Source: Oikopleura dioica (Eukaryota; Animalia; Chordata). From it: a stretch of 64,000 bases of DNA. Of this stretch, positions 29,389 through 42,031 are shown in pieces; the stretch's first letter is position 1, and each line of letters starts with the position of its first letter. Made by a program: the position numbers and the translations under genes. Location: positions 6,634,001 to 6,698,000 of the forward strand of contig OU015566.1 of NCBI GenBank assembly GCA_907165135.1, read 5' to 3'. The notes under the pieces are model-generated. The model made no database searches and had not been told where the DNA came from. It worked only from the letters and a program-made list of their open reading frames with translations.

Positions 29389-30698
29389 CTTGGCATCGCG
29401 GGCAAACGGCTGCTTCGACTTCAACGAGGGATAATTCCGTTTTTTTACTTTCGGTTTGAAATTGTAATTTAGGTGTCTCTCTTTGATCTTTCGAAAAATA
29501 AACCAGTACCAATTTCGGAGAAAAAGAAAGATCGAAATTTTGAAGGCTTGAATTTTCAAAAGCACCGAAATTTTGACGATTTTTTTCTCGTAATAATTAG
29601 CAATTTGGAGAAAAGAGAAGAAAGTTCTGGAGACTTTTTCATTTTCGGATTTTTAGAGCCTTGGTTCGACCAAGCTGAAATCGATGATCGGATTTTCATA
29701 AAATTAGTAAAATTTAATCCCTTGGCGGAGGAGGCATTTCGGCCTTTCTCTTCACTTTAGCGTTTCACAGTTTCCGTTTTTTTCCTTTTCAATCTAAAGC
29801 TTTCACTATTGCAACTGTAGTAAGCAGATGTTAGAATACGAAAATGGGGGGAGGGGTACTGTAATGATTGAGTAAAGTAAGACTGCGGCAGTAATTTCTC
29901 CCCTTTCCTCATCTTTTTTCGGGTTGGAATCAATCCAAGCTTGTCTATTCCACGTCATTTGTTGATTCTGCTAGTTTTTATTCAATTCTGATTATAGAAG
30001 AATTGAATATGGATTGGTTCTCTTCTAGTAACTTTTGGTTACTGGCTCTTTTAGTTTTTGATTTTTCAAAAACTCGAATTTCCTTTCGATTTTTTGAACA
30101 ACTGACGCTACCGAGAAAAACAGAGGAGAGGGGAGGCCGTGCTCTAGAGAAATTTTCAGAGGACTTGAATTTGAAAAACAAGACTTCTAGCTGTTTTTGG
30201 GGTATCTTCCTTCCTTGGAATTAAAGATTTTGTTAAAATTTTGGAAATTTTGAGAGCTAAAATCAAAATCTACGAATCTTATTGCGCCAGAAAATCTGAG
30301 AAAGCCGAATAAAGGGGATAAAATCAGCAGTTTTTCTCAGATTTTCTTCAGCAATTAAATTCATAGATTTTGATAACAGATCTTCTTATTGGCTTACATA
30401 GGTTGAATCCTATCTGCAATTCTTAGTAGTCCTCTTTTAAAACCGCACAAAATGGAATTTTGAAAATTTTTTTCAGCAGCAAACGCAGAATCTCAGGAAA
30501 GAAAAAGAATCACATGATAACCATAAACCTCGATACAAAATAACTGTCTTTAAGATTTTCAGTCATACAGATTTTTTACACAGAAGAGTTTTTTGCAGAT
30601 TTTTGGACGCGTTTTTTCGTATGTTCTCTTTATTCTTGGCTTGTTTATTTTATTTTGATTCTGAATCTGAATCAATATAGATTTTTTAAAAAATGATC

Positions 30699-30730
30699 TG
30701 GCCCGCGCCTTGCCCGCGGGATTGGCTCGA
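30699..30730 (-). promoter_or_regulatory. GC-rich patch with a CCAAT box, possible CUL3 promoter
   Basis: Isolated ggcccgcgccttgcccgcgggattggc in AT-rich DNA upstream of CUL3. Confidence 0.35.
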
Positions 30731-31168
30731 TTCTCACTTCAGTTGTGCTCTCTTTTTTGACTCACGCTAACTGTATTTCTTTTATTTCTATTTTCGCTGA
30801 GAAAAGGGATTATCGTTGGTTCCCACGCCTGAAAGGATAAAATAGAGAGATTCGGAATTGATTTTTGTAAGAAAAAAAGCGGAAAGAGGGGATATTTTGA
30901 GGTTTTATTCGAATATTTTTGCATTGGGAAAAAGGAGGAAGAAATTCGCAGTTTCAGTAAATAAGAGTTCGAATAATAGTAAAGAATGGCGAAAGAGATG
31001 AGAAAAAGAGCAGTTTTTTTTATTGAAAAAGAGGGTTGATTTCGCTTGTTTTCTGTTTTTTTACGAGAAATATTGAGAAAACAAGTGAAATCGAGTAGTT
31101 TAGGGATATTTTTGAACAAAAGAAATTGGCAATATATTTATTTTCCAGTTTTTCTTTGGTAATTTTAA

Positions 31169-32372
31169 TCAACTCTTTTTGTATCCACTAAATAAGGAGC
31201 TCTTCTGAGTTTTCGGAGGAGTGCTGGGAATTCCAGGAAGATGGCTTGGAGGATAGTGGTCGGGGTAGTCTTTTCTTTTTCTTATAAGAGAATTAGCGAA
31301 CATTAAAGGGGCTAGACTTGGCTCGGAAACCTGTGTAGAAAACCTGAGTAAGGGTCTTGAGAGAGAAACTGAAAGCCCCTAGCCAGATTTTGAGTTTGAG
31401 CGTCCTTTTATCAAAGGTCTTTCGGGACCTTGACACAGGTTTATACAAAGATTACCTAGCTCAGAGTAGTACCTGCAGATGCGCGAAGCAAGGTCGGCAA
31501 GAGGCTCAAGTTCAGATTGAGGGATCAGCCCGTGCGCGTTGACGAAAAACCAGAAGTGTTTATAGCAGTAATTCACCTAAAGAGGGGATCAAGTGTTAAT
31601 CGTTTTGACCTTGCTTGATTTTACTTTATTCTTGTCAATCACGTTACCTGAGCTTCGCCAGCAATTTCCTGAATGCGTCTAAAATGCGAGTAGTAGACGT
31701 GCACAAACACTCTGTGCATTCTCGTGAAGATTCGCTGAATTCTACGCATGAAATCACGCGGCCAGGGCTCCGCCGAAGAAAGAGGAAATAATTCGTCGTC
31801 GTTGAGTTCTCCCTCGACCCAATTCATCAACTCGAAGATGTATTCTGGCGCGGGCAGGCGCGTCGGCTTCTTGTAGCGGACGTTGTCTTGCCACTTCCAA
31901 TCCCAACGCTAGAATTTCGGTTACAAAATGCCTTTATGAGCTAGGCAGCCAGTGTCGAAACTTTAGTCAGGGTCCTGATACAGGACTCCTGAATCGGCTT
32001 CTCCTGAATGCATTAGATCTTTGAGGACCCTGACACAGGTTTCTAGACAGGTTGCCAAGCCCTGGTATCGAGAGCCTTGACCTACCTTTGACCCATTTGT
32101 ATGACTCATCGCCGGACAAGTACTAGCCAAGCAAGTGTCCGTCAATGTGCCGAATATGAGCGAAATTCTGTTGAAGAAATCGACGGCATGAACTGCTATC
32201 CACTCGTATTTATCCTCCCCGGCGGGACGACGACCATATCAGACATGCATATCTGCAGTCCAAGTGTCGCTTGGGCCTTTTCGAACAGCAGCCCGCGTTT
32301 AGAATCTCTGGTAAATTTCTTCTGCGGTCTGAAGGTTCTCTCTGGCTTGAAGATGTCGATCAGTCCTTGCAT
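31169..32372 (-). CDS. MOB3: MOB kinase activator 3-like
   Basis: [69 protein letters not shown]; last exon tentative. Confidence 0.9.
31320..31462. mobile_element. MITE family B, copy 4 (MOB3 intron)
   Basis: ggctcggaaacctgtgtagaaaacctgagtaagggtc ... gaccttgacacaggttt. Confidence 0.75.
31940..32062. mobile_element. MITE family B, copy 5 (MOB3 intron)
   Basis: aaactttagtcagggtcc ... ggaccctgacacaggtttctagacaggttgccaagccc. Confidence 0.7.
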
Positions 32373-33270
32373 CAGTCACACTTTCTCCAATTTTCTCGCG
32401 AATAAAATCTCTTCTTCGCTTCCTAAAGCAATTTTCAACTGAATGATTCGGCGATTTTATTGATGAGCTGCTGTTGCTAATGATGATGATTGAATGAAAA
32501 ATCGCTGAACAATTTGTGGCCCTAGGTGGCAACAAAAATAAGCTCGGAAAATATGCTCTTTGGTATCGATTATTGAAGATATGAATAGATTAGCCCTTGA
32601 CGAATCTGCCTCATCAAAGAGATTGTTTTATTACCTAATTAGCAAGAGAATCTTTCCCTTTCTTGGCTTCGTTTTCTCGCTTCTTCAATAACAAAATATT
32701 CTCTCTTCTTTTTCTTCGCCAAAATCTGAATTGAGGAAGCTGCTGATTCAGATTGAAATCAGCACGAGTGGGTGGATAAGTTCAAAAGCGATTTCCGAGA
32801 GGCCGAGTTTTTTCTTCTTTTCTTTCTTTTAAAATGCTCGTTAGCGCCGGTAATTCGTCACAGACGGTGATACGAGAGATAGCTACTATCAATCACACGA
32901 GTTTTATGACTCAGCAAATCGCCTTCTGAAAAAACTGGGTTGTTTTCTTCCTTGATTTCAGAAATGGAATAGTAGATTGAGGAAGGGTTTGGTATATTGA
33001 GTTTATTGAGAAAAATATTTATCCATAAGTTGTCAAGTGTTGCTTTTGAACTAAAATAGAAGCAGAAAGGCGAGTTACAGTAAGATAAATCTGTGGCAGA
33101 AACATTTTGTCACAATTCTTTTTAATATTTTTTTATTTCACTTATTTATATCTATTAAAAATTGGATTACTCGGATTTTAAAACTATCAACTCCTTTCTT
33201 TATCTTTATTTGTTTATCTATCTTGCCTTATTTTTACAAAGTATTTTCTAGTGCTTCAAAATAGAGACGA

Positions 33271-35414
33271 TCAACGTCGCTTTCTAGTGTTTTTAGAGGA
33301 AGAGTTAGAATTGCGTTTTAGCGGCTTGCAAAGTGGACAGATGTATTTGGCAGGGACGTAGTTCTTTCGTACTTTTCCGCAAGTCATGTGAACCCAAAGA
33401 CTGCAATTGTCACATTCGATCATGGGGCGGCCGGCAAATGGGAGGCCGCAGAAGCAAGTTACCGAATTCCACGATTCATCGGCTAAAGTTTTGGATAAAA
33501 CCAATAAAAGATCGAGATTTTCGCTTTATATCATCCAGAAGCCGCTTGCGGCTTTGAGAGCTTTTCAAAAAAGCCGCGCTTCACGCAGTTTGTATCTTCA
33601 ACTCTAAGCCGCGCGCGGCTTTTCGATGGTGAAATAACAAGCTTTTCACTAGCAAAATAACTTCTTTACTAGTGAAAAAGTTTGACTTACTTTCTCCGAT
33701 GAGATAATTCTCCCCCGCAGACGAATTCTTATCAACAATCGTCTCTTCTGAGGGCACCCAGTTATTCTCATCGTCAGTTGATTTCTCTTTCTTTCCCTCC
33801 TTTTGTCCTCCTTTTGACGTAGTTTCTTCGTTTTTCTTTTTCTCAGGAGCGAAAGTCGCTTCGAGTTTCTGTGGTTTACTGGGCTTTCGGGATTTCTTTA
33901 CAGGTGCGTTTGATTTTGATTTGGGCGGAGTTTGCTTCGAAGATTTTGGCTTCTCGGTTTCGCTACTTGGTTCGAAGACGGCGACATCGGCCTCGTAGAA
34001 TTTTCGGAGAGCTTCGTCGTTTTCTTGCGCCCTAGAAATAAATTACAGTAGGGAGGGGGACGAAGGGGCTTGTACTAACGTTTTCAGATCCATGAGGACA
34101 TTGTCGAGGGATTTCTTTGGTCGAGATGGCGTTTTTGCTTGAACTTTTTGATCAATCTGATTTTTTGAACTGTCGACTTTTTGGGCGGGAAGATTCTCTT
34201 CCTTGATTTCAGGCTCCATTTTTACCGACTCGTCCTCTTGATAATCGACCTGCTTCTTCGCCGCTCGTTTTGGCTTTGGAGCTGGTTCTCTTTTGCTTCT
34301 CTTTCTGGAGCCGTACTTTTTCTTCGGCTCATTGGCCAGTCTTGCTTTTGTGGCGTACTCGTCCGAGGAGCTCTCAGAATCAGACTTCTCTGATCCAGAA
34401 AGTCCCATAAAAGGCGCCAATTGCTGAAGTTCGTTTTCGTCGAAACCCGACAGTGAGGAGGCGGTTCGTCGAAGCCGGCCTGAAACACAGAAGTTTATCG
34501 AACATTCCTTTTTTCTTTCTTTTCCGTTGACGTAAAATCATGAAAACATTCTCCAACGGAGAGAATGATTGTAAGTCTTACCTTTCGTTTCTCTTTTGAG
34601 CGAGCTGCTCTTTCGCGAATTCGAGACTGAAATTTCAGATTCAGAGGTAGAAGCAGCGGCGGAAGAGGAGGAAGAACCGGAGAGAAAAGAATCAGCCTCG
34701 ACAGTGGCTGGAGTAACGGAACGTTTGAAGCAAAGAAGAGTTTTTGCCAATTCGAGTTCTGTGAGGATGTCTTCGTTTCGGTGGGGATGGGGAGTTAGGG
34801 GCGAGGGGCAGAAAGTGCCAGAACTGCCGGCGACGAGATTATCATGTTCAAGATTCTTTTTTGGTCTTTCGGATTTTGGCTTTGGTCGGTTTTCTTTTTT
34901 CGAAAATAAATTACAGTCATTATTGCTGTTTCTTACTATGCTAAATCATCGAGAAGCCGCTTGCGGCTTCCAGTAGGAATATTCAGAAAGTCGCGCTTCG
35001 CGCGGCTTATTTTTTTACTCGAAGCCGCAGGCGGCTTCTCGGTCAGAAAGTTCTTTAAAAAAATGGGTATTATATCGGTAATCGAAAACCTTCCTTGATC
35101 GAAGAGGAAGAACTTGGCACTGGACTCTGCGATGGAGTAGTGGTTTTACTGTCAGATACCGGTAGTCTAGTGAGAACATCCAACGGCTTCGATGGTGAAC
35201 TAGGGATGAAAGATTGGCTTTGGTGAAGACGTCTCTTTTTGATAGGAAGTGGGCTTCTGGTGGACTGCTTTCGAGACACAGCTTCGTCTAATTTCAGCGG
35301 CGAGAGAGCTTGATTCTTGAGTTTTTCGTCGTCGGTTTTGTTGCTAGAATTCGGCACCGGTGAGGCATTTTCGCCAGGAGTCGGGCTTTCTCTACAATTT
35401 TCGTCAGAATCCAT
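33271..35414 (-). CDS. PHF13/PHF23-like PHD finger protein
   Basis: C-terminal DESWNSVTCFCGLPFAGRPMIECDNCSLWVHMTCGKVRKNYVPAKYICPLC matches the PHF13/23 PHD signature; long Ser/Pro/Lys-rich N-terminus. Confidence 0.85.
33533..33627. repeat. Triple-hairpin element family A, copy 2 (PHD gene intron)
   Basis: atccagaagccgcttgcggctttgag ... aagccgcgcttcacgcag ... aagccgcgcgcggcttttcgat. Confidence 0.75.
34948..35043. repeat. Triple-hairpin element family A, copy 3 (PHD gene intron)
   Basis: atcgagaagccgcttgcggcttc ... agtcgcgcttcgcgcggct ... ctcgaagccgcaggcggcttctcggt. Confidence 0.8.
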
Positions 35415-35864
35415 CTCAATCGAAAGGTGAAAATAAAACTGGAATTTCGTCATTTTTCTCTGCAAAAAAATCAAAATCTAGATTTTCAATTTTAAATTTC
35501 TCAATTTCGAAAAGTGGAAAATAAGCACGTCTTCGGCGCTTTTTATAGAAAACGAAAAAAGAAGAAAAAGAGAACAGAAAATTCAAATTGCGCAACGACT
35601 TCTCGCGAAAGATTTTGACTCGCAGGAATTCGACTTGAAAGAAAATGACGCTTTATTATCTCATTTTTTATAAAAATTAAAAAAAAAACAGATGGTCCTA
35701 AAACGGCCTTAGTATTTTAATCTTAGTCGACTTAAAATCGTTAAATTTACGATACAGAAAAAATGTCAGTAAGAAATTTATTACAGAAGCTTTTGTTTAA
35801 GTTTAATTTACTTTATTTTATGCGAATAAATATTGATAAAATGATAGGAATAGTAAAAAATAGC

Positions 35865-37922
35865 TTACGTTGGAAAAGAAATAGGACTTTGAGGAACCGA
35901 GCTGTCCGAAGGATGATGACGGGTGAGCTCTTTCAACTCCTGCTCCTTCAGATCGTTTAGCCGGTTGAAATGCGGACCCAGAAGATGTTCCTGAACGAGG
36001 GGTGCGATCTCGTTCATTTCGTTATCGCGATTTTTGGGTTGAACGCGGCGAAATGCCGAGCCATTTTGCGTTGCGCTGAGATTTCGGATTTGCAAAAATT
36101 TATAGGAAAAAGGGATGAAAAAATCCCTTTTTCAGGGCTCCGTAGCCTGAGTCAGGTTTCTGAAGCGGCTTTCATTGAAGCTCTTTCAGAACCCTGACTC
36201 AGGATTTATACTCAGGTTGCCGACCCGAGATATTAGTCATTTAGTAACTAATTTTGTTCGAAAAGAAAGTTGCGGTTATTTCTGGTCTCCAAAATCTCCA
36301 AAAACGATGAAGTTTCAACTCCATGTTTGCTTGATAAACAGAGCATAACAAAGGAAGGTCAATGATGGCTAATCCTCGCCTGAGCTCAATCTTGCCTTCT
36401 GATTTTCGCCGATTGAAGTTGTCGAGAGTTTGAGAGTTTTCCGTTCCAGTCGGCTGCAAGTCTTAGTATGGTTACTTTCTGGATCAATTATTATTTTTAC
36501 CTTTTATGCTGCAAGCAACTTTTTCTTGAAAGAGGCAATTTATGTTTCGGTTGAGTAGAGTCGCAAGATACGCTGCCTTAAAATAGAATTATTCAACAAG
36601 CCCGACGACTTTTTAGAGAATTAATAAAATAATTATTTACACCGTTCTAGTGGCTCCAAAAAACTTTTTCAATAATCAATTAAAAAAGTCACCAATTTGA
36701 ATTGAAACCACCCTGAGCTCGGCAACCTGAATTGAAAACCTGAGTCAGGGTCCGAACGAAGGTACTTTGATTTCAGACCCTGACTCAGGTTTTTAACACA
36801 GGTCGCCGAGGCCAGCAAGAACCTCTTTGAGATTCCCATTTTAACGGATTTTATAGCCCTCAATAGAGTCATCAGTTGAGCCGAAAATTTGTTAAAATGG
36901 GGACCACTTTTTTGTCGATTATTTTTTGGAGCAATCACTGTTTTAAATAATTATTGAATTATTTAAAGGGTCAATGAAAGTGTATTCACCTCTGGACTTA
37001 AGGATATAAGCTATGAATTGGAACTTTCGTAGCGCCTAAATGCGTAGTAGGATCATTTTCATTTCAAAAGCAATCCTGTCTAAAAATGCGCGCAAAACTC
37101 AAATATGGTATTTTTAAAAAAAATTTTATTGAAAATTTTCCTTTTAGAGCGATTTCAAATCTTACTCTCTCGATTTCTCGAAATTTTTCCATTGAATCGC
37201 TAAAACTAAACCGTGTCTTTTATTTCGATGATGTTAAGCTAGAAAATTGACGGGCCTTTATTTCGAAACTCTTTTGAATTTTTATTCTAGCGTTTTCCTC
37301 TTTCTTGCTCGTGTTTTTCTTCTTTTTGTGCTTTTTCGCTTGCAACCAATCAAAGCGCTCCGCTCAACCGCGCCACTCTCACGGAAAAGAGGAGTCGAGA
37401 GAGCGAGCGCCCAGCGCGCCGCTTTTTACACTATTCGCGCGCTTGGTAAGCCTCATGGAAATGGCTCTAAAATCGGTTTCGGTCGGAATTAGGGAAAACT
37501 GATCCGTCAATTTTGTAGATAAGGGTTAAGAGAAATTATTTATCGAAAAAACTGGACCGATTTAGTGGAAAAAATTCGAGGAATCGAGAGAGTAAGATTT
37601 GAAATCGCTCTAAAAGGAAAATTTTCAATAAATTTTTTTTTTAAAGTACCATATTTGAGTTTTGCGTGCATTTTTAGGTAGGATTACTTTTGAAGTGAAA
37701 ATGATCCTACTTCGCATTTAGGCGCTACGAAAGTTCAAATTCATAGCGTATATCCTTAATACCTGGAATTGACTTCTCGATAATGATAAGTCAATTTGGT
37801 CTTTGTCGATTTTCTTCTGAAGCGCCCTGGAAGAAAGGAAGTGAAGAAAGAAAAACGATGAAGAAAGGTTACCTCTCTGATTGTGGAAGACTGGGATTGT
37901 CGGGAGCGACGTCCCTGCTCAT
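35865..37922 (-). CDS. Putative orphan multi-exon gene
   Basis: Two exons with canonical splice sites join as MSRDVAPDNPSLPQSERALQKKIDKDQIDLSLSRSQFQ; further exon-like segments run down to 35865; the complete frame was not resolved. Confidence 0.35.
36135..36226. mobile_element. MITE family B, copy 6
   Basis: cctgagtcaggtttctgaa ... ttcagaaccctgactcagg ... caggttgccgaccc. Confidence 0.7.
36716..36812. mobile_element. MITE family B, copy 7
   Basis: ctcggcaacctgaattgaaaacctgagtcagggtc / gaccctgactcaggtttttaacacaggtcgccgag. Confidence 0.8.
37002..37755. mobile_element. TTAA-flanked foldback MITE (Kolobok-like GG..CC termini)
   Basis: TTAA-ggatataagctatgaa... mirrored by ...ttcatagcgtatatcc-TTAA; inverted arms ~190 bp; GC-rich core. 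Confidence 0.9.
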
Positions 37923-39810
37923 CGTGAAAACCAATCACCTGGAAAATAGAGCGTTATGTTCTGAATAAAATCTAATAAATACCCATTTGTTTATTCAGTA
38001 GATTCAAAAATAACCGTTCTAATTCGTTAAAAGGCGGAGAAAAAAGCCCCGAGAAAAGAAAATTTGATGATGAAATCAAGGAAGACTACGAAGCAAAATA
38101 ATAATCGAAAAAGCCAGGCCATAAATTATTAAAACTGTAGCGACCGAAATAGATAATTGAATTTTATATTTGGATGGCTTGAACTTTAGTCAACAATAAA
38201 AAGAAGATAGCATTGACTCAATGAGTCAGATTTATTTCAAAGAATTGAGGTGAACTCTGACGAGAATCTGACGAGCTTTTGACATGGTGTCAGGTGTTTT
38301 CGTTGTTGAAAACACGCTCTCTTATTCAAGTCGTTTTTTGGATGAACAATCAATAAATTGGAGTTTATACAAGGCAAAATTTGTAGCGAGATTGTACTTA
38401 GTAGATGGCTCAATAACTTCAATTCTTAAATAAATTAGTCAACAGTTCCTGATTCTGAATTATTTATTTTGAAGACAGAGAGACAACTTTAGGATTGCGC
38501 TACTGTAGGATAGGCGCTTTACCGCTATCAAGTAACCCTCATCAAAAATTCAGCACAAGAAATGATGACCAAAAATCTTCAAAATCGAAGAGTTATCCGA
38601 AGACTCTTAAATTTTATCTCAACGCAAGGGAGGATAAAGGTCTTGATCCCTTCGTTCCGAAAATTAAGATAAGAGATAGAGCTGACTTCAAGCTGATTAA
38701 TTATTGATAAAGAACTTCAAAAGGGGAAAACGGGGAAAATCTCCAGCGGCTGGAAAAAATGTCAAAAACGAATAATAATTTTCATCAAGCAATAACACAA
38801 TTACTATTATCAGAAAAAATGCGATAAGAACAAGGACAGGGTTAAATTCGGTATCGCGTATTGGAGGGCGCTCGCGGGGGCAGAAAACGTGCGGATAACC
38901 GCTTCGAACCGCTCAAGTAGAACATCAAAAAATCAGCTCAAGAAAATCGTTCTAGATTTGCGCAATTGACAATTGTAATGTTTGCTGTTTTGCACTTTTG
39001 GTCAGACTAATCTCTGGCCAGATTCTCAAGCGCCACATAAAAGCTAATAAAAAGAAGTGGACTATTGAAGAAAGTCAAGTTCTGACTAAAACTTGAAAAG
39101 TTGATAATAATGAAAATGCCGGCTAGGGGGGAAGAGATTAGAAGGGTTGAAAACTGCCTCAGGGCAAATTTTTCGTTTGGGGTTAAAATTTTGAAAATTA
39201 CGGTCGATGGATTTTTCGACTTTTGGCTTTTTCAAGATGGTTGGAATCGATTTGGGCGGAGATTAGACTACTTCAAAAAGGGGCTGAAAATGGGTCAGGG
39301 ACCAGGTGTAGAGGAAAAAATTGGAAATTTTTGGAAAGAAAAGTTATGAAATTAATAAATTTTAAAAGAAAAACTTGAGAAAAAGCCCGAAATCCTCAGA
39401 AAGTAATGCTCCTTATTCAAATATTTTCAACTTTTCCCGGTCCAAAAAAGCTCGTCTAAAATCTCAAAAGAATTTTGCCGACTTACCCTTTTCAAAAAGA
39501 TTATCTCTGGTTTTCTGATAAAAAATCTCACACGTGATAAGCCCAAAAATCACAGATAAACAAATCTAGAAATCAACAACTACAGGGACTTACTGATTTC
39601 GCAATTTTAAAAATACTTTCTTCTTTTTCTTCAAAATTTCTCTTTATAATTTTTTTCTTAGTTGAAATTCTAGTTTTTTTTTTCTTTTCAGCACAACTCT
39701 CTTTTTGAATTCGGTAAAAAGGGGGAAAGGTAGGAGAAAGTGCGGTTTCTCGATGATGAAATGAAAAAAGGCAGAAAATAAAAAAAAAGTGAGGTTACAT
39801 CACAAACGTC

Positions 39811-39962
39811 CTCGGAGAGAGCGAGCCAGAGAGAGGGAGAGAGCCCTGAGTAGCGCGGCGGCAGCACACACGCACGTACGGTGGCCGACCAACTCGCCTC
39901 GATTCGTTTACCGCACTCGCCAGCTCCACCACCACGCTACCACACCACCAGCGCGCTACAGC
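39811..39962. promoter_or_regulatory. GC-rich, GAGA-rich island, probable promoter
   Basis: gagagagcgagccagagagagggagagag and a CpG-rich stretch within AT-rich DNA, between divergent transcription units. Confidence 0.4.
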
Positions 39963-40291
39963 ATATGAAAGTTTTCTGGAGACATGGAGGAGTTTTCTTT
40001 AATCTTCAAAATTTTCAATAGAAAAAATGCCTTTATTAGCTTAATTATTGCTGAATTTTCACTGATAACTTATCAGTAACTTATGTCACATAAATTATGT
40101 GATAAGGGTTTTTTATCAATATATTAAAAAATGGATGATGTTGGCTCACTTTGTACCCTACTCAAGTCCAAGTCGGCTCTAAGAGCTCCACTGTTGCTGT
40201 TAATTTTTCTTGAGCCGTGGATTGAAGCTTTTGATGGATCGAAAAAATTTGACTGATCGAGAATTCGATAAGGTCGAAATCCAGGCTTGAA

Positions 40292-41651
40292 GTCGAATCT
40301 GCAAGCAGATCGAAAATGATAGAGCAAGGCCCCGTGAGAAAAAGAAACCGTCGGAGTCATTCTTTGAAGATGTTTTTCTTTTGCTGAAATCGAATGATTC
40401 GGTCGCGCGAAAAAAAGGAAGTCGCTATTATCGGCGAATGAGAAAGCACTTCCAAGGCTAGGTTTTCCCAGAAGATCATATTCAATTCCAGAAACGGAAA
40501 AATCGAGCCAAGAGCAAAGAGAGAAGATGATTTCCGAAGCGAATTTCACTCTCGAAACTGTGGAATTCATTGTCGACGATGGCTTCTTCTATTTGATGAT
40601 CCATCTTGCCGGTAAGAGTGGATTCACTTTCGCCTCGAATTTTATTTTTTACAAGAGGACCCGACCTTCCAGGAACTTGTGATCATTCGAGAACTGATGA
40701 TGGCCCGTCTCCGAGCGGATCTTGGTGATGTCTGCAACCAGGTAACATACCCCCCCCCTAAATTTCCGCGCAATTCGTGGTATTTCGCCCAAGTTTACGT
40801 TTCCTAACTTTTCCGAAACCCCCGAAATTTACGCTTCCTCGCGTTCCCCCGCGTTTCCAAATTTCTTCTCCTAACTTTTCCGCGTGCGCCCAAATTTACT
40901 CGCGACCCGCTGAAATGCGCGTCAAGTTGACAATGCTAATGATTCATTAACGGGCGCGAAAGAAAATTTAGTAATACTTATTTATTAGTGCATGTTTTCA
41001 AAGTTGTATTGACAGAAATTTTAACTCAACTTAGAATAGATAATTATAAGTAACAGGCGAATACTAAAAGCATGTGAAAAGCAGTCGAATACAGTTGGTT
41101 TTCAGGTACTTGATGCGCTAGAATTGGAAATTTTTAGTGGCTTGGACACATAAAAATCATACCATTCGAGTAACTTAAAATATTGAGGTCAGGATTTTGC
41201 TCCGCAGAAGTCGTAACGACTTCTGAAATGAAAAATTCTGAATAAAAACTTCTCATCCATCTTCACTGTAATAATAATCCAAGATAACATAAGATAGGGC
41301 TGCCCTATAACGGCATCTGGCTTTTTATAATCCTTTCTTTCCTTTCTTTGCCCGGAGCGAGCTAAACAAGACTTTTGCGCACTCAGAAAGTCAACCGGCG
41401 AAGCCAATCAGCGCCGCTAGAGTAAATTTGGGAGCGCGCGGAAAAGTTAAGCGGCGTAAATTTGGGGGTTTTTGAACAATTCAGGAAGAGTAAATTACGG
41501 AAAATGTACCGAGGAATGCGCGAAAACTTGGGGGTGGGGTATGTTAACTTGCTCAAACTTTTCGTAAATAAAAAACTCTTTCTTCAAGATACAAATTTTG
41601 TTCAAGTACCCAGCTTGTGATGAGTGCCACAACGAAGATTGTCGATTCTGA
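40292..41651 (+). CDS. Orphan protein (N-terminus unresolved) ending YPACDECHNEDCRF
   Basis: Four exons join in frame through a GC-AG intron (40457-40491) and two GT-AG introns: ...RRMRKHFQETEKSSQEQREKMISEANF...FFYLMIHLAEDPTFQELVIIRELMMARLRADLGDVCNQIQILFKYPACDEC. Confidence 0.55.
40745..41544. mobile_element. TA-flanked MITE (Tc1/mariner-like target) inserted in an intron donor
   Basis: TA-acatacccccccc / ggggtggggtatgt-TA; mirrored subterminal aaatttac and aacttttccg motifs. Confidence 0.82.
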
Positions 41652-42031
41652 CTTCAAGATTTCCGACATTTCAAATTTCTTACTTCTGCCAAAAAACGCC
41701 TAAAAGATTACTTCCTGCCTGTAAAAAAACAATTTCGGAACAATTAAGCAAAAAAAAAATGTTAGGATCCTTCGTTGAACACAGTAGAATGACCTTTTAC
41801 AAGTATTTTCCGGGCATCATAAAAATGAGATTTTAATCCGTTCAATAACCAGCATCATAAAATTCTGACGTCTCTGAACTCTGATCGATGAACTCAAGCC
41901 CGCTCGAAAACCGCCAAATCATCAGATCACAATAGGATGATTTGGTTGCTGAGAAAATCCTCAGCTGGCGCCCGGATAAAAGCAAATTTTGATGCTCCAG
42001 AGCTTCCAAGTAACTTGCAAGATTCGATAAG

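Noticed and set aside
38214-38228. Palindromic double AP-1 site TGACTCA-A-TGAGTCA
   Set aside because: A single short motif with no supporting context; could arise by chance.
40124-40570. 148-aa minus-strand ORF
   Set aside because: Antisense to a plus-strand gene with consistent splice sites; no motif support.
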